From the sequence record JX128258: 64,000 bases of DNA; one strand, given 5' to 3'. Position numbers and translations under genes: made by a program. Shown here one piece after another: positions 56,055 to 64,000 of the stretch; position 1 is the first letter of the stretch, and every line of letters starts with the position of its first letter. The notes under the pieces were generated by a model. It had not been told where the DNA came from, searched no databases, and saw only the letters and a program-made list of their open reading frames with translations. The stretch comes from Escherichia phage ECML-117.

Positions 56055-57239
56055 TTAACGCGCTTTCAAATCACGGTACACAGTCAGATTCTTCTTAGCG
56101 CGGGTAATAGCCGTATACATCATCTTGGCATACGGAACGCCGCGCAAGATTTCTTCCAGCACGCACACATTGTCCCACTCGCTGCCTTGCGATTTGTGCA
56201 CCGTTATGACATAGCCATAGTCCATTCCTCCAACAGCGCGTTGGGCCTCTTTGCGCACTTCCTGATCAGTAGAGAAGGAAAGAGGATTTATCTTCACCTT
56301 TATATCTTTGCCATCGGTAAGCGAGCGCAAATTGACATACATTATTTCATTAGACTCATCTTCATCCCTTTCAAAGTCCGGCACTGGCTCATAACTAATA
56401 ACAATTCCTTGTTCGCCATTACAGAATCCTGGCCCGTGTTGGTTGAATGTGCAAATAACTTTCTCGCCGATTCCTGGCATTGGCGTTATACGTCCGCTCA
56501 CTTGTCGCAATAATGAATTCCATTTATCTTTGGTGCTATTATAAGAGCAAATAATTTGATCATCTTCGCCCATAAATTTCTTCAGAGCGGTAACGCGCGG
56601 CGATTCAGCCAACACCTTTACATCATCATATTCACGCGGAGGAAGTCGGTTGCCCTGTCGCACGAAGAAGGAAGCGCGGATTATGTTGGACTCTTTCCCC
56701 TGCCGCATGATTTCGGTCAACAGTACGTCAACTGCATCTTCAGTAAAGTAGGCAGCGGCTTTTACCGGAGGGACTTGTCCAATGTCGCCTAATGCCAGCA
56801 CAGGGATGCGGTGATCAAGAAGGCGTTCTGTGTCCCACTCACCGACCATTGAAGCTTCATCAAGGACGACAAGATGCGGCCTTTCATCAAGAGTTGACTT
56901 TCTTGCGAATATTGGTTCATTGTCATCGTTAACGCCGCGCACGTTATAGATGAACTGGTGAAGGGTCTTAGCGCCACGACACCCTTTCTGCTTCAATCGG
57001 CTGGCTGCCTTTCCGGTCGGCGCAATATAAATGGCACCGTACTCACCGACACAACGGCGCACAATCTCACGCGCAATAGAGGTTTTACCTGTTCCTGCAT
57101 AGCCAGCGATGAAAAATACGCGCTTCGTTGTTTTACCGTCCTGCAATCGCTTGTACCATGCAACGGCCTTTTCGATGGCATCAATTTGTTGCGCGTTGAA
57201 CTGAATCACCGGCTCATCATTAAATTCTGGAATGTTCAT
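56055..57239 (-). CDS. Dda/RecD-like superfamily 1 DNA helicase
   Basis: Walker A GYAGTGKTS, Walker B VVLDEASMV, C-terminal VITVHKSQGSEW motif. Confidence 0.8.
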   Translation of the reverse strand: MNIPEFNDEPVIQFNAQQIDAIEKAVAWYKRLQDGKTTKRVFFIAGYAGTGKTSIAREIVRRCVGEYGAIYIAPTGKAASRLKQKGCRGAKTLHQFIYNVRGVNDDNEPIFARKSTLDERPHLVVLDEASMVGEWDTERLLDHRIPVLALGDIGQVPPVKAAAYFTEDAVDVLLTEIMRQGKESNIIRASFFVRQGNRLPPREYDDVKVLAESPRVTALKKFMGEDDQIICSYNSTKDKWNSLLRQVSGRITPMPGIGEKVICTFNQHGPGFCNGEQGIVISYEPVPDFERDEDESNEIMYVNLRSLTDGKDIKVKINPLSFSTDQEVRKEAQRAVGGMDYGYVITVHKSQGSEWDNVCVLEEILRGVPYAKMMYTAITRAKKNLTVYRDLKAR

Positions 57240-57565
57240 TATAACTCCACTACGCTTTCAAGGTCCAGATATACTGGAATAAAATGGCAATCTTCTTTTC
57301 GTTCAAACATCTCACCGTCAACTCGGCTGAAGAAAACAGTCGTGTTTGGTATCTTCCACCCTTGCTCGTCGCGCACCAGGTACGCCATGGATTCAACAGG
57401 GATGTAAAGTGATACCGGATTTGCGGCAAAGATGAATTTGATTCTGTCTGGTTGACCCAGGAATCGCATAATTGTAAGACTTGAATTCAGTCTTGTATTA
57501 AGGAAGGACTCAACGATGCCGACGTGTGTTGCACGTTCGCGTTGCTTCGTATCTTTTTCGTTCAT
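57239..57565 (-). CDS. hypothetical protein (108 aa)
   Basis: ORF coupled to the helicase gene. Confidence 0.4.
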   Translation of the reverse strand: MNEKDTKQRERATHVGIVESFLNTRLNSSLTIMRFLGQPDRIKFIFAANPVSLYIPVESMAYLVRDEQGWKIPNTTVFFSRVDGEMFERKEDCHFIPVYLDLESVVEL

Positions 57566-57668
57566 TTCAGGCGACCTTTGTTAGTGCGGAAATATTTTCT
57601 GATAGTATAATTGCAGATATAGTATAAAGCAAAGTAAATCGAAATTGTGAAATAAATGGTAAATATTG

Positions 57669-57696
57669 TTGACTTTGTATCACTCAATATTATACT
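57669..57696 (+). promoter_or_regulatory. sigma70-like promoter for the primase operon
   Basis: TTGACT - 16 nt - TATACT, 30 nt upstream of ATG 57726 (RBS GGAAAG). Confidence 0.55.
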
Positions 57697-57725
57697 GCAG
57701 GTATTGATCACCGAAGGAAAGAAAG

Positions 57726-58808
57726 ATGGCTAGTTTAAGAGAAGAAGCAAAAATAATTGAAGAGTTTTTGACGGAACTCCAAAGAGGCATTCCAGAAGAT
57801 GAACGCGTCATGACCGTGTTTGCGCCTGAAGCAACGGTGCAGACCGACGAGCGCGGCAAAAAGATTAACAGCAGCTTCTGGCCTAAGCCTTGGAAGCTTG
57901 GCAAGCCGCTGATGCAACATCAGAACGGTTACGCCTGCATAAGTTCAATGCGTAAGTCTCCCAACCCCAAGACAGGCGAGATGCGATACTGGCGCACGGA
58001 ATCGGCTTTCGGTCATGGCATGGCGATGATGGTCGACGACATTGGTCACGGTAAAGGGTCCAAAGGCGATTTAGATTTGGAATTCTTTTTCGAGCGCCTG
58101 AAGCCAACCGTCATTGTCGAGACTTCACCGAACAACCACCAGCTGTGGTATTTCTTTAAAGACCCGATTGACCATCTTATCCAGTTCAAAGCATTCCTTG
58201 GGTCTTTCGTAAACATGGTACTCAAGAAGGGCGGCGACAACACGATTAAAGATGTAACGCGCGTGGGCCGTGTTCCTGGGTGCATCAACAACAAGCGTGT
58301 GACTCACGACGGCCCCTATAAATATGTCGATGAGAACGGCGACCCGTTCCGCTGCCGACTTGTTCATGCAGACTATTCTTTGCGCTACACAATCGAAGAG
58401 ATTTGCCAAGCCTTCGGTTTCCACGTCGTTATGCCGCAAAAGCGTGAAATTCAAATCGACGTTGACGAATACAAATATGACGCTGTTTGGTATAAGATAG
58501 CCCAGCAAATCCTTGCGCGCAATAAGATGGGCGAAGGGTCCGATGGCGATGTGGTTGAAAATATGTCAGGTAAATGTCGCATCATCTGTCCTTGGGGTGA
58601 AGAGCACACCAACGGCGACCCATACGGCGCTTATTTTCGCGGCCCAATCCCTGGCGCTGAACATGAATTCGTTTTCGGTTGCGCTCACGACTGTCACCGG
58701 AAAGGGGAAGGCAAGAAAGGATGGACCGCTTTTGTTGAAGCAGTAGTCATGCCTTATATTGAGAATCAACTTGATATGATAAATCGTCGCGCAGGTGGCA
58801 TAAAATAG
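57726..58808 (+). CDS. DNA primase (primase-polymerase fold) with C-terminal zinc-binding region
   Basis: AEP-like motifs (MVDDIG; NNHQLWYFF; RVGRVPGCINNK) and a Cys/His cluster (CRIICPWGEEH...CAHDCH). Confidence 0.5.
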   Translation: MASLREEAKIIEEFLTELQRGIPEDERVMTVFAPEATVQTDERGKKINSSFWPKPWKLGKPLMQHQNGYACISSMRKSPNPKTGEMRYWRTESAFGHGMAMMVDDIGHGKGSKGDLDLEFFFERLKPTVIVETSPNNHQLWYFFKDPIDHLIQFKAFLGSFVNMVLKKGGDNTIKDVTRVGRVPGCINNKRVTHDGPYKYVDENGDPFRCRLVHADYSLRYTIEEICQAFGFHVVMPQKREIQIDVDEYKYDAVWYKIAQQILARNKMGEGSDGDVVENMSGKCRIICPWGEEHTNGDPYGAYFRGPIPGAEHEFVFGCAHDCHRKGEGKKGWTAFVEAVVMPYIENQLDMINRRAGGIK

Positions 58809-58809
58809 T

Positions 58810-58837
58810 TTGCTTTTATTTTTCTAGCAACTATAAT
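58810..58837 (+). promoter_or_regulatory. sigma70-like promoter
   Basis: TTGCTT - 16 nt - TATAAT directly after the primase stop. Confidence 0.45.
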
Positions 58838-58866
58838 CATTTTATGAACTGAAGCAGAGGTGATCT

Positions 58867-59013
58867 ATGCAAAGCGAAGAATTGAACATCGAGCTTGAAG
58901 GTCTGTTAAATTCGTTAGAACCTAAGCACGTAGAGCTTCCCACCCTTGAAGGTGTCATGGCTCACAACCAATCGGCTGCGGCCAAACACTACTTTGAATT
59001 TGTTAAGGAATAA
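58867..59013 (+). CDS. small protein (48 aa)
   Basis: AGAGGTG RBS before ATG 58867; below ORF-track cut-off. Confidence 0.35.
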   Translation: MQSEELNIELEGLLNSLEPKHVELPTLEGVMAHNQSAAAKHYFEFVKE

Positions 59014-59015
59014 AA

Positions 59016-59306
59016 ATGAACGAACCAAAAATGATGACTCCTGAAGAAGCGCAAAAACTTCGCGTGGAGAACGAGCTTAAGCTTGTCAATGAAATTCTTC
59101 CTCTGTTTAAAGGCTATGCGGTTGAAGAAGTCGTTGGCGCAATCCTTAATGTGTCGACGCACGTAGCGATGAATCTGAATGCAGAGCGTTTCAATACTTT
59201 GCTGACGATCAACAAATTTACTGTCAGTGCAACATTCACCGTTGAGCCAGTAAATTTTGAAGAAGCTGCAGCCGCAATTCAACAACAGCGAGATCAAGAG
59301 GTGTAG
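59016..59306 (+). CDS. hypothetical protein (96 aa)
   Basis: AAGGAA RBS; ORF-track ORF. Confidence 0.45.
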   Translation: MNEPKMMTPEEAQKLRVENELKLVNEILPLFKGYAVEEVVGAILNVSTHVAMNLNAERFNTLLTINKFTVSATFTVEPVNFEEAAAAIQQQRDQEV

Positions 59307-59307
59307 C

Positions 59308-59571
59308 ATGGGCGCTTTCCGCAACGAGTTTATTTGGAACGTCACAAGCAGTCTTTCGACTTGTCCTAACTGTGCGAGCGATGTGATCAAGGTGCGGCAG
59401 CATCGCAGTGCAGAGGAAGGTGCCTGGGAGGACGGCGACCTTGTAGAGTGCCAGTGCTGCTCTCACGAAGGCGTGGTGGAGCTTTACGCAGGAGAAGGTT
59501 GTCCACCAGCAGAACGTTCAGCACGCGTTGAATGGGATGCGACAGACTCCATCGGTGATCCTCAACAGTAA
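59308..59571 (+). CDS. Cys-rich small protein (zinc-ribbon-like, 87 aa)
   Basis: CPNC ... CQCC Cys pairs; GAGGTG RBS before internal ATG 59308. Confidence 0.45.
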   Translation: MGAFRNEFIWNVTSSLSTCPNCASDVIKVRQHRSAEEGAWEDGDLVECQCCSHEGVVELYAGEGCPPAERSARVEWDATDSIGDPQQ

Positions 59572-59589
59572 ATTTAGGTATAGATACAT

Positions 59590-59694
59590 ATGAAAGCCGT
59601 AAAGAAATACACATTAATCATTTCCCTTGTTATCATCCTGGGGCTATTATATGTATTGGATATGGCATATTATTTGGCAGGGGTGAGTAAATGA
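59590..59694 (+). CDS. tiny membrane peptide (34 aa)
   Basis: Single hydrophobic helix; stop overlaps next start (ATGA). Confidence 0.25.
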   Translation: MKAVKKYTLIISLVIILGLLYVLDMAYYLAGVSK

Positions 59695-59981
59695 ATATTG
59701 TAATTCTTTATGGTGAGAATATCAGCGATGACGACATCGAAGTTGCCGTTGATGTTTACGGTATCGATGAGGTGAAACGTGTTGAAGAAATTAATGGCTC
59801 AAATCTTAATGAGATTGCCAAAGAAGCTGGTTGCCCTTCGGAAGAGATTTTGGTGGTTACTAACGATGACCTGTCTTCTATGGATTGTTTGCGCCGCATC
59901 TTCACCGATTGCCAATACCTTCATTCTGTTCAGTCAGTAAACAAATTGAGAAAGGCATACGCTGACCAATTTCCTTGCTGA
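59691..59981 (+). CDS. hypothetical acidic protein (96 aa)
   Basis: ORF-track ORF with GGGGTGAG upstream. Confidence 0.45.
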   Translation: MNIVILYGENISDDDIEVAVDVYGIDEVKRVEEINGSNLNEIAKEAGCPSEEILVVTNDDLSSMDCLRRIFTDCQYLHSVQSVNKLRKAYADQFPC

Positions 59982-60033
59982 TAGTTCACCAGTTATATTG
60001 CTTTAAACTGAGTTTTACTATATTAATATACAA

Positions 60034-60060
60034 CGCCAGATTTCTGGCGTTTATTTACCG
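60034..60060 (+). terminator. candidate terminator
   Basis: AACGCCAGA-TTTC-TGGCGTT hairpin followed by TATTTACC. Confidence 0.4.
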
Positions 60061-60117
60061 CACCCTGAAAGGATATATCCATGCAACAATATAACAAAGC
60101 CGTATCAGGAGGATTAA

Positions 60118-61788
60118 ATGTCAATTGAACATGACAATCTTCCAGAGGATACAGGTGATGAATTTGGTGCAATCTTTGACGAAATTCAAGACGCTGGTGT
60201 TTCAGAAGAGATGCAAGCGGCAGAGCAGCAAGGCACCAGAGCTAAAATCAGCCTCCAGCATAAGGCTGTTGAGAAAGATGCAGAGCGCATGGAATGCTAC
60301 GGTGAAGAAGACTTGGTTGAAAGAGCACGCTTGCTCGCCTCACTTCAGGTAATCAAGTTCCCTCATTATAAACCGACGAAAGATGATTTTGTTCTTCAGG
60401 CGGACCGGACGAGTGACATGAACCGTTATGCGGTTTTCGACGCGTTGTTTGATAAGGGAAGCGGCATTGTCCCATTCCCTCACAAAGATACTTTTCGTGG
60501 ACGCTTAGTCGACCATCGCGGAGAAACATTCACCGACCGGACGTTGGAAGTCACAGAGATAGTTGCCGCTGTCGACGCAGCAGGCCTGTCCAACCCAAAC
60601 TCACGTCAGGTCGCTCAATCCTATAAGGAATGGGCCATGCGTTATCAGCGCGACGACCTGATGGACTTCTTCTACAAGAAGCTGCCTGAATGGGACGGTA
60701 CTGCGCGCATTGAAAAATACCTTATCGAGCTATTCCGACCGTTCGATACAGAGTTAAACCGACAAATCGGTGTGTATTTTTGGCTATCGCTCTATAACCG
60801 CCTGACCAATCCTGGCTGTCAAGCGCCAATCTCCATTGCGCTAATCGGCGGCCAGAACGCAGGGAAGAGTTATTTTAGTAAGCTACTTTGCGAAGCTATT
60901 ATGAACGACCGCCACGCAACACCGATTCCGTTGAACTTGGCCGCGCAAAACTTCAACCCGTTCTTGCGAGCTATTACGGGTCGCTCAATTATCGCGAACG
61001 TTGGCGAGATGACAGGCTTTAAAAAGGCTGACATCGAAAACATGAAAGCATTCCTGACTAAGACGGAAGATGACCTGGACTTCAAATTTGAAGACACGCA
61101 GGTTAAACCACGCCAGTGGATTGCTATCATGGACGGCAACGAATACGCAGGCATGCAGCGTGACGATACGGGCAACCGTCGTGTTTACCCTATCTTTGTT
61201 GGCCAACTTGCTGACAAGGACGGGCAACCGAACTGGTCTAAAGACTTCCAAGCTGACCTTTCCACTTTGAAAGAAGATGTTTGGCAGCTTATGGCTGAGT
61301 GCGCTGCGTGGATGGAGAAGCACGGCGAAGCAGGTTACAACGCCTTTGTTGGTGAAACGTCTCGTATGCTTACTGAGTTCAGCAAGAATGAAATGGAACG
61401 CGCTCGCGGCGTTATCCGTGATGAGATGGTCGACAACGACCTTGTTGAAGTCGTCATTACCGCGCCTTATGACCGACATCACAGCGGACGCTGGCACATC
61501 ACCAGTGGTGCAATCGCTATGGGATTCAGAGCTAAGTGCGGCAAGTCGCCTTTCTCACGCACCCTTGCGCCGCACATGTCGAAGCTTGGATTTGAGCCTG
61601 CCACCTATCGCAACCAGCGCGGCTACTTCACGCCACTGATTAAGAATGAAGCAGGGGAATACATTTCTGACTTGATGACTATCTTGGCGTATCTTATCCG
61701 CGACGAGTCTGACCCTGAAGATATTGAATTCTTGAAGAAGGTTATTGAGCGCAAACGTTCTTTAGGAAGAGATAAGGATGAATTCTGA
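60118..61788 (+). CDS. SF3-type (P4/D5-like) replicative helicase
   Basis: 556 aa; P-loop IALIGGQNAGKSYF in the C-terminal half; strong AGGAGG RBS. Confidence 0.55.
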   Translation: MSIEHDNLPEDTGDEFGAIFDEIQDAGVSEEMQAAEQQGTRAKISLQHKAVEKDAERMECYGEEDLVERARLLASLQVIKFPHYKPTKDDFVLQADRTSDMNRYAVFDALFDKGSGIVPFPHKDTFRGRLVDHRGETFTDRTLEVTEIVAAVDAAGLSNPNSRQVAQSYKEWAMRYQRDDLMDFFYKKLPEWDGTARIEKYLIELFRPFDTELNRQIGVYFWLSLYNRLTNPGCQAPISIALIGGQNAGKSYFSKLLCEAIMNDRHATPIPLNLAAQNFNPFLRAITGRSIIANVGEMTGFKKADIENMKAFLTKTEDDLDFKFEDTQVKPRQWIAIMDGNEYAGMQRDDTGNRRVYPIFVGQLADKDGQPNWSKDFQADLSTLKEDVWQLMAECAAWMEKHGEAGYNAFVGETSRMLTEFSKNEMERARGVIRDEMVDNDLVEVVITAPYDRHHSGRWHITSGAIAMGFRAKCGKSPFSRTLAPHMSKLGFEPATYRNQRGYFTPLIKNEAGEYISDLMTILAYLIRDESDPEDIEFLKKVIERKRSLGRDKDEF

Positions 61789-62435
61789 TGAATAAAGCAA
61801 TCAACATCGCTAAATTCTTTCAAAATCTCGGTGAACTGAACAAAGATAGTGACGTTCACGGAGAAGAAATGAACCGGATGATTTCAACCGTGTTGCGTGG
61901 TTTTGGGTACGATAAGGACTCCATCACCTGTAAACGCACGAAGCTTGTCGATGAGACATACCTTTACTACGTTGAATTGCGCGTAGGCAAAGATTTGATG
62001 ATCATCGACCCTAAATTGGAAGGGGCACATTGTTTTGGCGCTCACCCTCGTGCAAGTGAATTCAAGGGGCGCGGTCGCAACCGACTCCAGAAGCTTGATG
62101 ATGCAGGCGACCTGAACATCTCAATGTTCCTCAAAGAGTTCCTTGCGCTGCCGAAGGTCGCATCTTCAACGGGTCGTGATGACCTGTGCAAGATTGGATT
62201 CAGAACTAAAGATTTGCGCAATGCGCTACGCAAGAAGGGATTTGTACCTTCTTATGATAACGTCGCCGCGCTGATGGCTTCCATGGAGGAAGCTGAAGCA
62301 ATGGACAAGGTGCGCGGCTATTTCCTGAATACAGGCTACACAATGTATGAGTGGCACACCAAAGGATTGACTGTCGCCGACTTCATCTATTCATTAGAGC
62401 AGAAGTATGTACGCAATATGCAGGCCACAGGATAA
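61788..62435 (+). CDS. hypothetical protein (215 aa)
   Basis: ORF coupled to the helicase stop. Confidence 0.45.
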   Translation: MNKAINIAKFFQNLGELNKDSDVHGEEMNRMISTVLRGFGYDKDSITCKRTKLVDETYLYYVELRVGKDLMIIDPKLEGAHCFGAHPRASEFKGRGRNRLQKLDDAGDLNISMFLKEFLALPKVASSTGRDDLCKIGFRTKDLRNALRKKGFVPSYDNVAALMASMEEAEAMDKVRGYFLNTGYTMYEWHTKGLTVADFIYSLEQKYVRNMQATG

Positions 62436-62474
62436 TTATCATCAAAATATTTGCTTTTCTGACGAGGTGATATT

Positions 62475-62699
62475 ATGATTAATTTAGACAGGATTGAGTT
62501 AGCACTTAGTACCTTAATCAAATATTACCAGTTTGCTTTTAAGGCTAGTTTGTTTGGCTTGTTCAATCCTCATCAAGCAACAAAGGCGCGAAGCAATGCC
62601 AACCGCCTGCGCTGCACTGGTATAGTCATCCACGACCGGATATTGACAGAGGGTAGATTCAGCCATGAATACACAAGGGAGAATAACAAAGCAACGTAG
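62475..62699 (+). CDS. hypothetical protein (74 aa)
   Basis: GAGGTG RBS. Confidence 0.4.
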   Translation: MINLDRIELALSTLIKYYQFAFKASLFGLFNPHQATKARSNANRLRCTGIVIHDRILTEGRFSHEYTRENNKAT

Positions 62700-62874
62700 G
62701 GCTTTACAAGTCCTCATCTACTACCTGACACGCCTTTATCCAACGGCGCACGAGCAGAATCCATCAACGGGTCACCTGTTTAAGCGCCGTAACCTTTCGT
62801 TGAAAACATTCGCTTTAATCCAATACGACCGCTACCTGGACGGGCGCTACTGCGGCCCGAAGGACTCACTATGA
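62665..62874 (+). CDS. hypothetical basic protein (69 aa)
   Basis: ORF-track ORF overlapping previous gene end. Confidence 0.3.
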   Translation: MNTQGRITKQRRALQVLIYYLTRLYPTAHEQNPSTGHLFKRRNLSLKTFALIQYDRYLDGRYCGPKDSL

Positions 62875-63149
62875 TTACTACATACAAAGTATTCTTTGTC
62901 AAATGCACATCATCAATTGATGACCAGTTTACTGCTGGAAAGAATTATCCCGTGATTTCTGAGTCAAGGTTAGATATAATCTTGAACGATCATGAAATAT
63001 ATGAGCCGATGCCAGCAACTGCGTTTGATGTTATCGGTCACGTTCGGATTAAGACGAATGTTGAAACGATGCATGACCCGTTGTTCAAGAAGCAAATTAA
63101 GAATGCCATGCAAGACTTTTGCGCGGCAATGTTTAAATACTATAAGTGA
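62871..63149 (+). CDS. hypothetical protein (92 aa)
   Basis: AAGGA RBS; coupled start. Confidence 0.4.
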   Translation: MITTYKVFFVKCTSSIDDQFTAGKNYPVISESRLDIILNDHEIYEPMPATAFDVIGHVRIKTNVETMHDPLFKKQIKNAMQDFCAAMFKYYK

Positions 63150-63156
63150 GTTGAAG

Positions 63157-63378
63157 ATGAGCAAGAAAACTCTTAAGGTTGGCGACCGTATCCGTTGGGT
63201 GTCAGGACAAAATATGCGCGCAGGCACCATCCTTGAGCTTGATCAGTACCTTACCGATTCGCGCGGTCGCAATCATTACCGTGTTCGAATCGATACGGTA
63301 AAAGAAGATGACAAGTCACTTGTTGGTGAAGTGGTCATCGTTACTCCACGTCAAATTAAGGCGGCTTGTGAAGTATGA
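63157..63378 (+). CDS. hypothetical protein (73 aa)
   Basis: Internal ATG 63157 in ORF-track frame 62992..63378. Confidence 0.4.
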   Translation: MSKKTLKVGDRIRWVSGQNMRAGTILELDQYLTDSRGRNHYRVRIDTVKEDDKSLVGEVVIVTPRQIKAACEV

Positions 63379-63530
63379 ATAAATTTCAGTTCAACGATAA
63401 CAAGATTAGTAAAGCGGACGCAATCAAGCAGCTTCGTCGCGTACTTGAAGCCAGCGGCCATACGAAAGAGCGTGCACGCGTCTTAGCCAAAGAACATTAT
63501 AAACGTTTTGTGTCAAAAACCAGAGGTTAA
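63375..63530 (+). CDS. small basic protein (51 aa)
   Basis: ATG overlapping previous stop; below ORF-track cut-off. Confidence 0.3.
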   Translation: MNKFQFNDNKISKADAIKQLRRVLEASGHTKERARVLAKEHYKRFVSKTRG

Positions 63531-63532
63531 TT

Positions 63533-64000
63533 ATGATCATCCATCGCCCTTTAATGTTAAGTAAATCAGAAGCCGCAATTATTTTAGCGGCAGCAAGTCA
63601 ATGTAACGTCCCAATTTCATTAAGGATGAAAATAAATAAATTTATCGACAACGAGTTTGCAAATGTTGAGTCATTCGATATTGTACCGCCAACCAAAAGG
63701 CATGTTGAAAGACTTGTACACCATCAATCACGTTGCGTAAGAGTTCCTATTCAAACTTATGCTGATAAAAAGCCGCGCCTTAAGCCAATTGACATATTTG
63801 ACATAAAGAACGGCGATTCAATCATAAGCAAGGACGCGGAAGATGGCGCAATTCCTGTCAATGGACGAGTTATTTACGTGTCGCATGACGCTGACCAGAC
63901 TTTAATTCAATGGGTAAGTTTTGATAAAACTAGCGGCGGAAAGTATCGCTACTATGGCGACGAGCGATTCACCACTAAATTTTATAAGGTACTCGACCAT
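63533..64000 (+). CDS. hypothetical protein, 5' portion (continues beyond window)
   Basis: ATG 63533 preceded by AGAGG; open to the window end (over 155 codons). Confidence 0.4.
   Translation, partial: MIIHRPLMLSKSEAAIILAAASQCNVPISLRMKINKFIDNEFANVESFDIVPPTKRHVERLVHHQSRCVRVPIQTYADKKPRLKPIDIFDIKNGDSIISKDAEDGAIPVNGRVIYVSHDADQTLIQWVSFDKTSGGKYRYYGDERFTTKFYKVLDH

Noticed and set aside
1-64000. tRNA genes, integrase or attachment sites, transposases
   Set aside because: No T-loop (GGTTCGAATCC-like) with cloverleaf context seen, and no recombinase-like ORF; no prophage boundary or mobile element can be supported in this window.

Overview
This window reads as a near-complete region of a tailed dsDNA phage with a contractile-tail (myovirus-like) structural module; all calls are from reading the sequence and ORF track, with no database searches. 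Layout: (1) 1-1700, rightward small genes ending at a terminator; (2) 1740-5900, a repeat-rich regulatory/early region with a GT-rich tract, an iteron-plus-AT-rich element, an ATTTGCACTAT direct-repeat array and a CpG-rich cassette of small acidic proteins behind three near-consensus sigma70 promoters; (3) 5914-11316, a leftward operon including a tail-fibre gene with a C-terminal S74-type chaperone domain and several small membrane proteins; (4) 11435-39988, the rightward morphogenesis module from large terminase to a GH19-type endolysin, interrupted at 18050-18330 by a second copy of the iteron element; (5) 40014-57565, a leftward replication and nucleotide-metabolism module (ligase, MazG-like, embedded Rz/Rz1 spanins, SNF2 helicase, VRR-NUC, DnaE-type polymerase, DnaQ-like exonuclease, Dda-like helicase); (6) 57726-64000, rightward primase, SF3 helicase and small genes. 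The best candidates for something undescribed are the enzyme island at 50333-54923 (VOC-like, SDR, HAD, divergent ThyX-like, flavoprotein), the duplicated iteron element, and the early acidic-protein cassette. No tRNA, CRISPR array, integrase or transposase was recognised.
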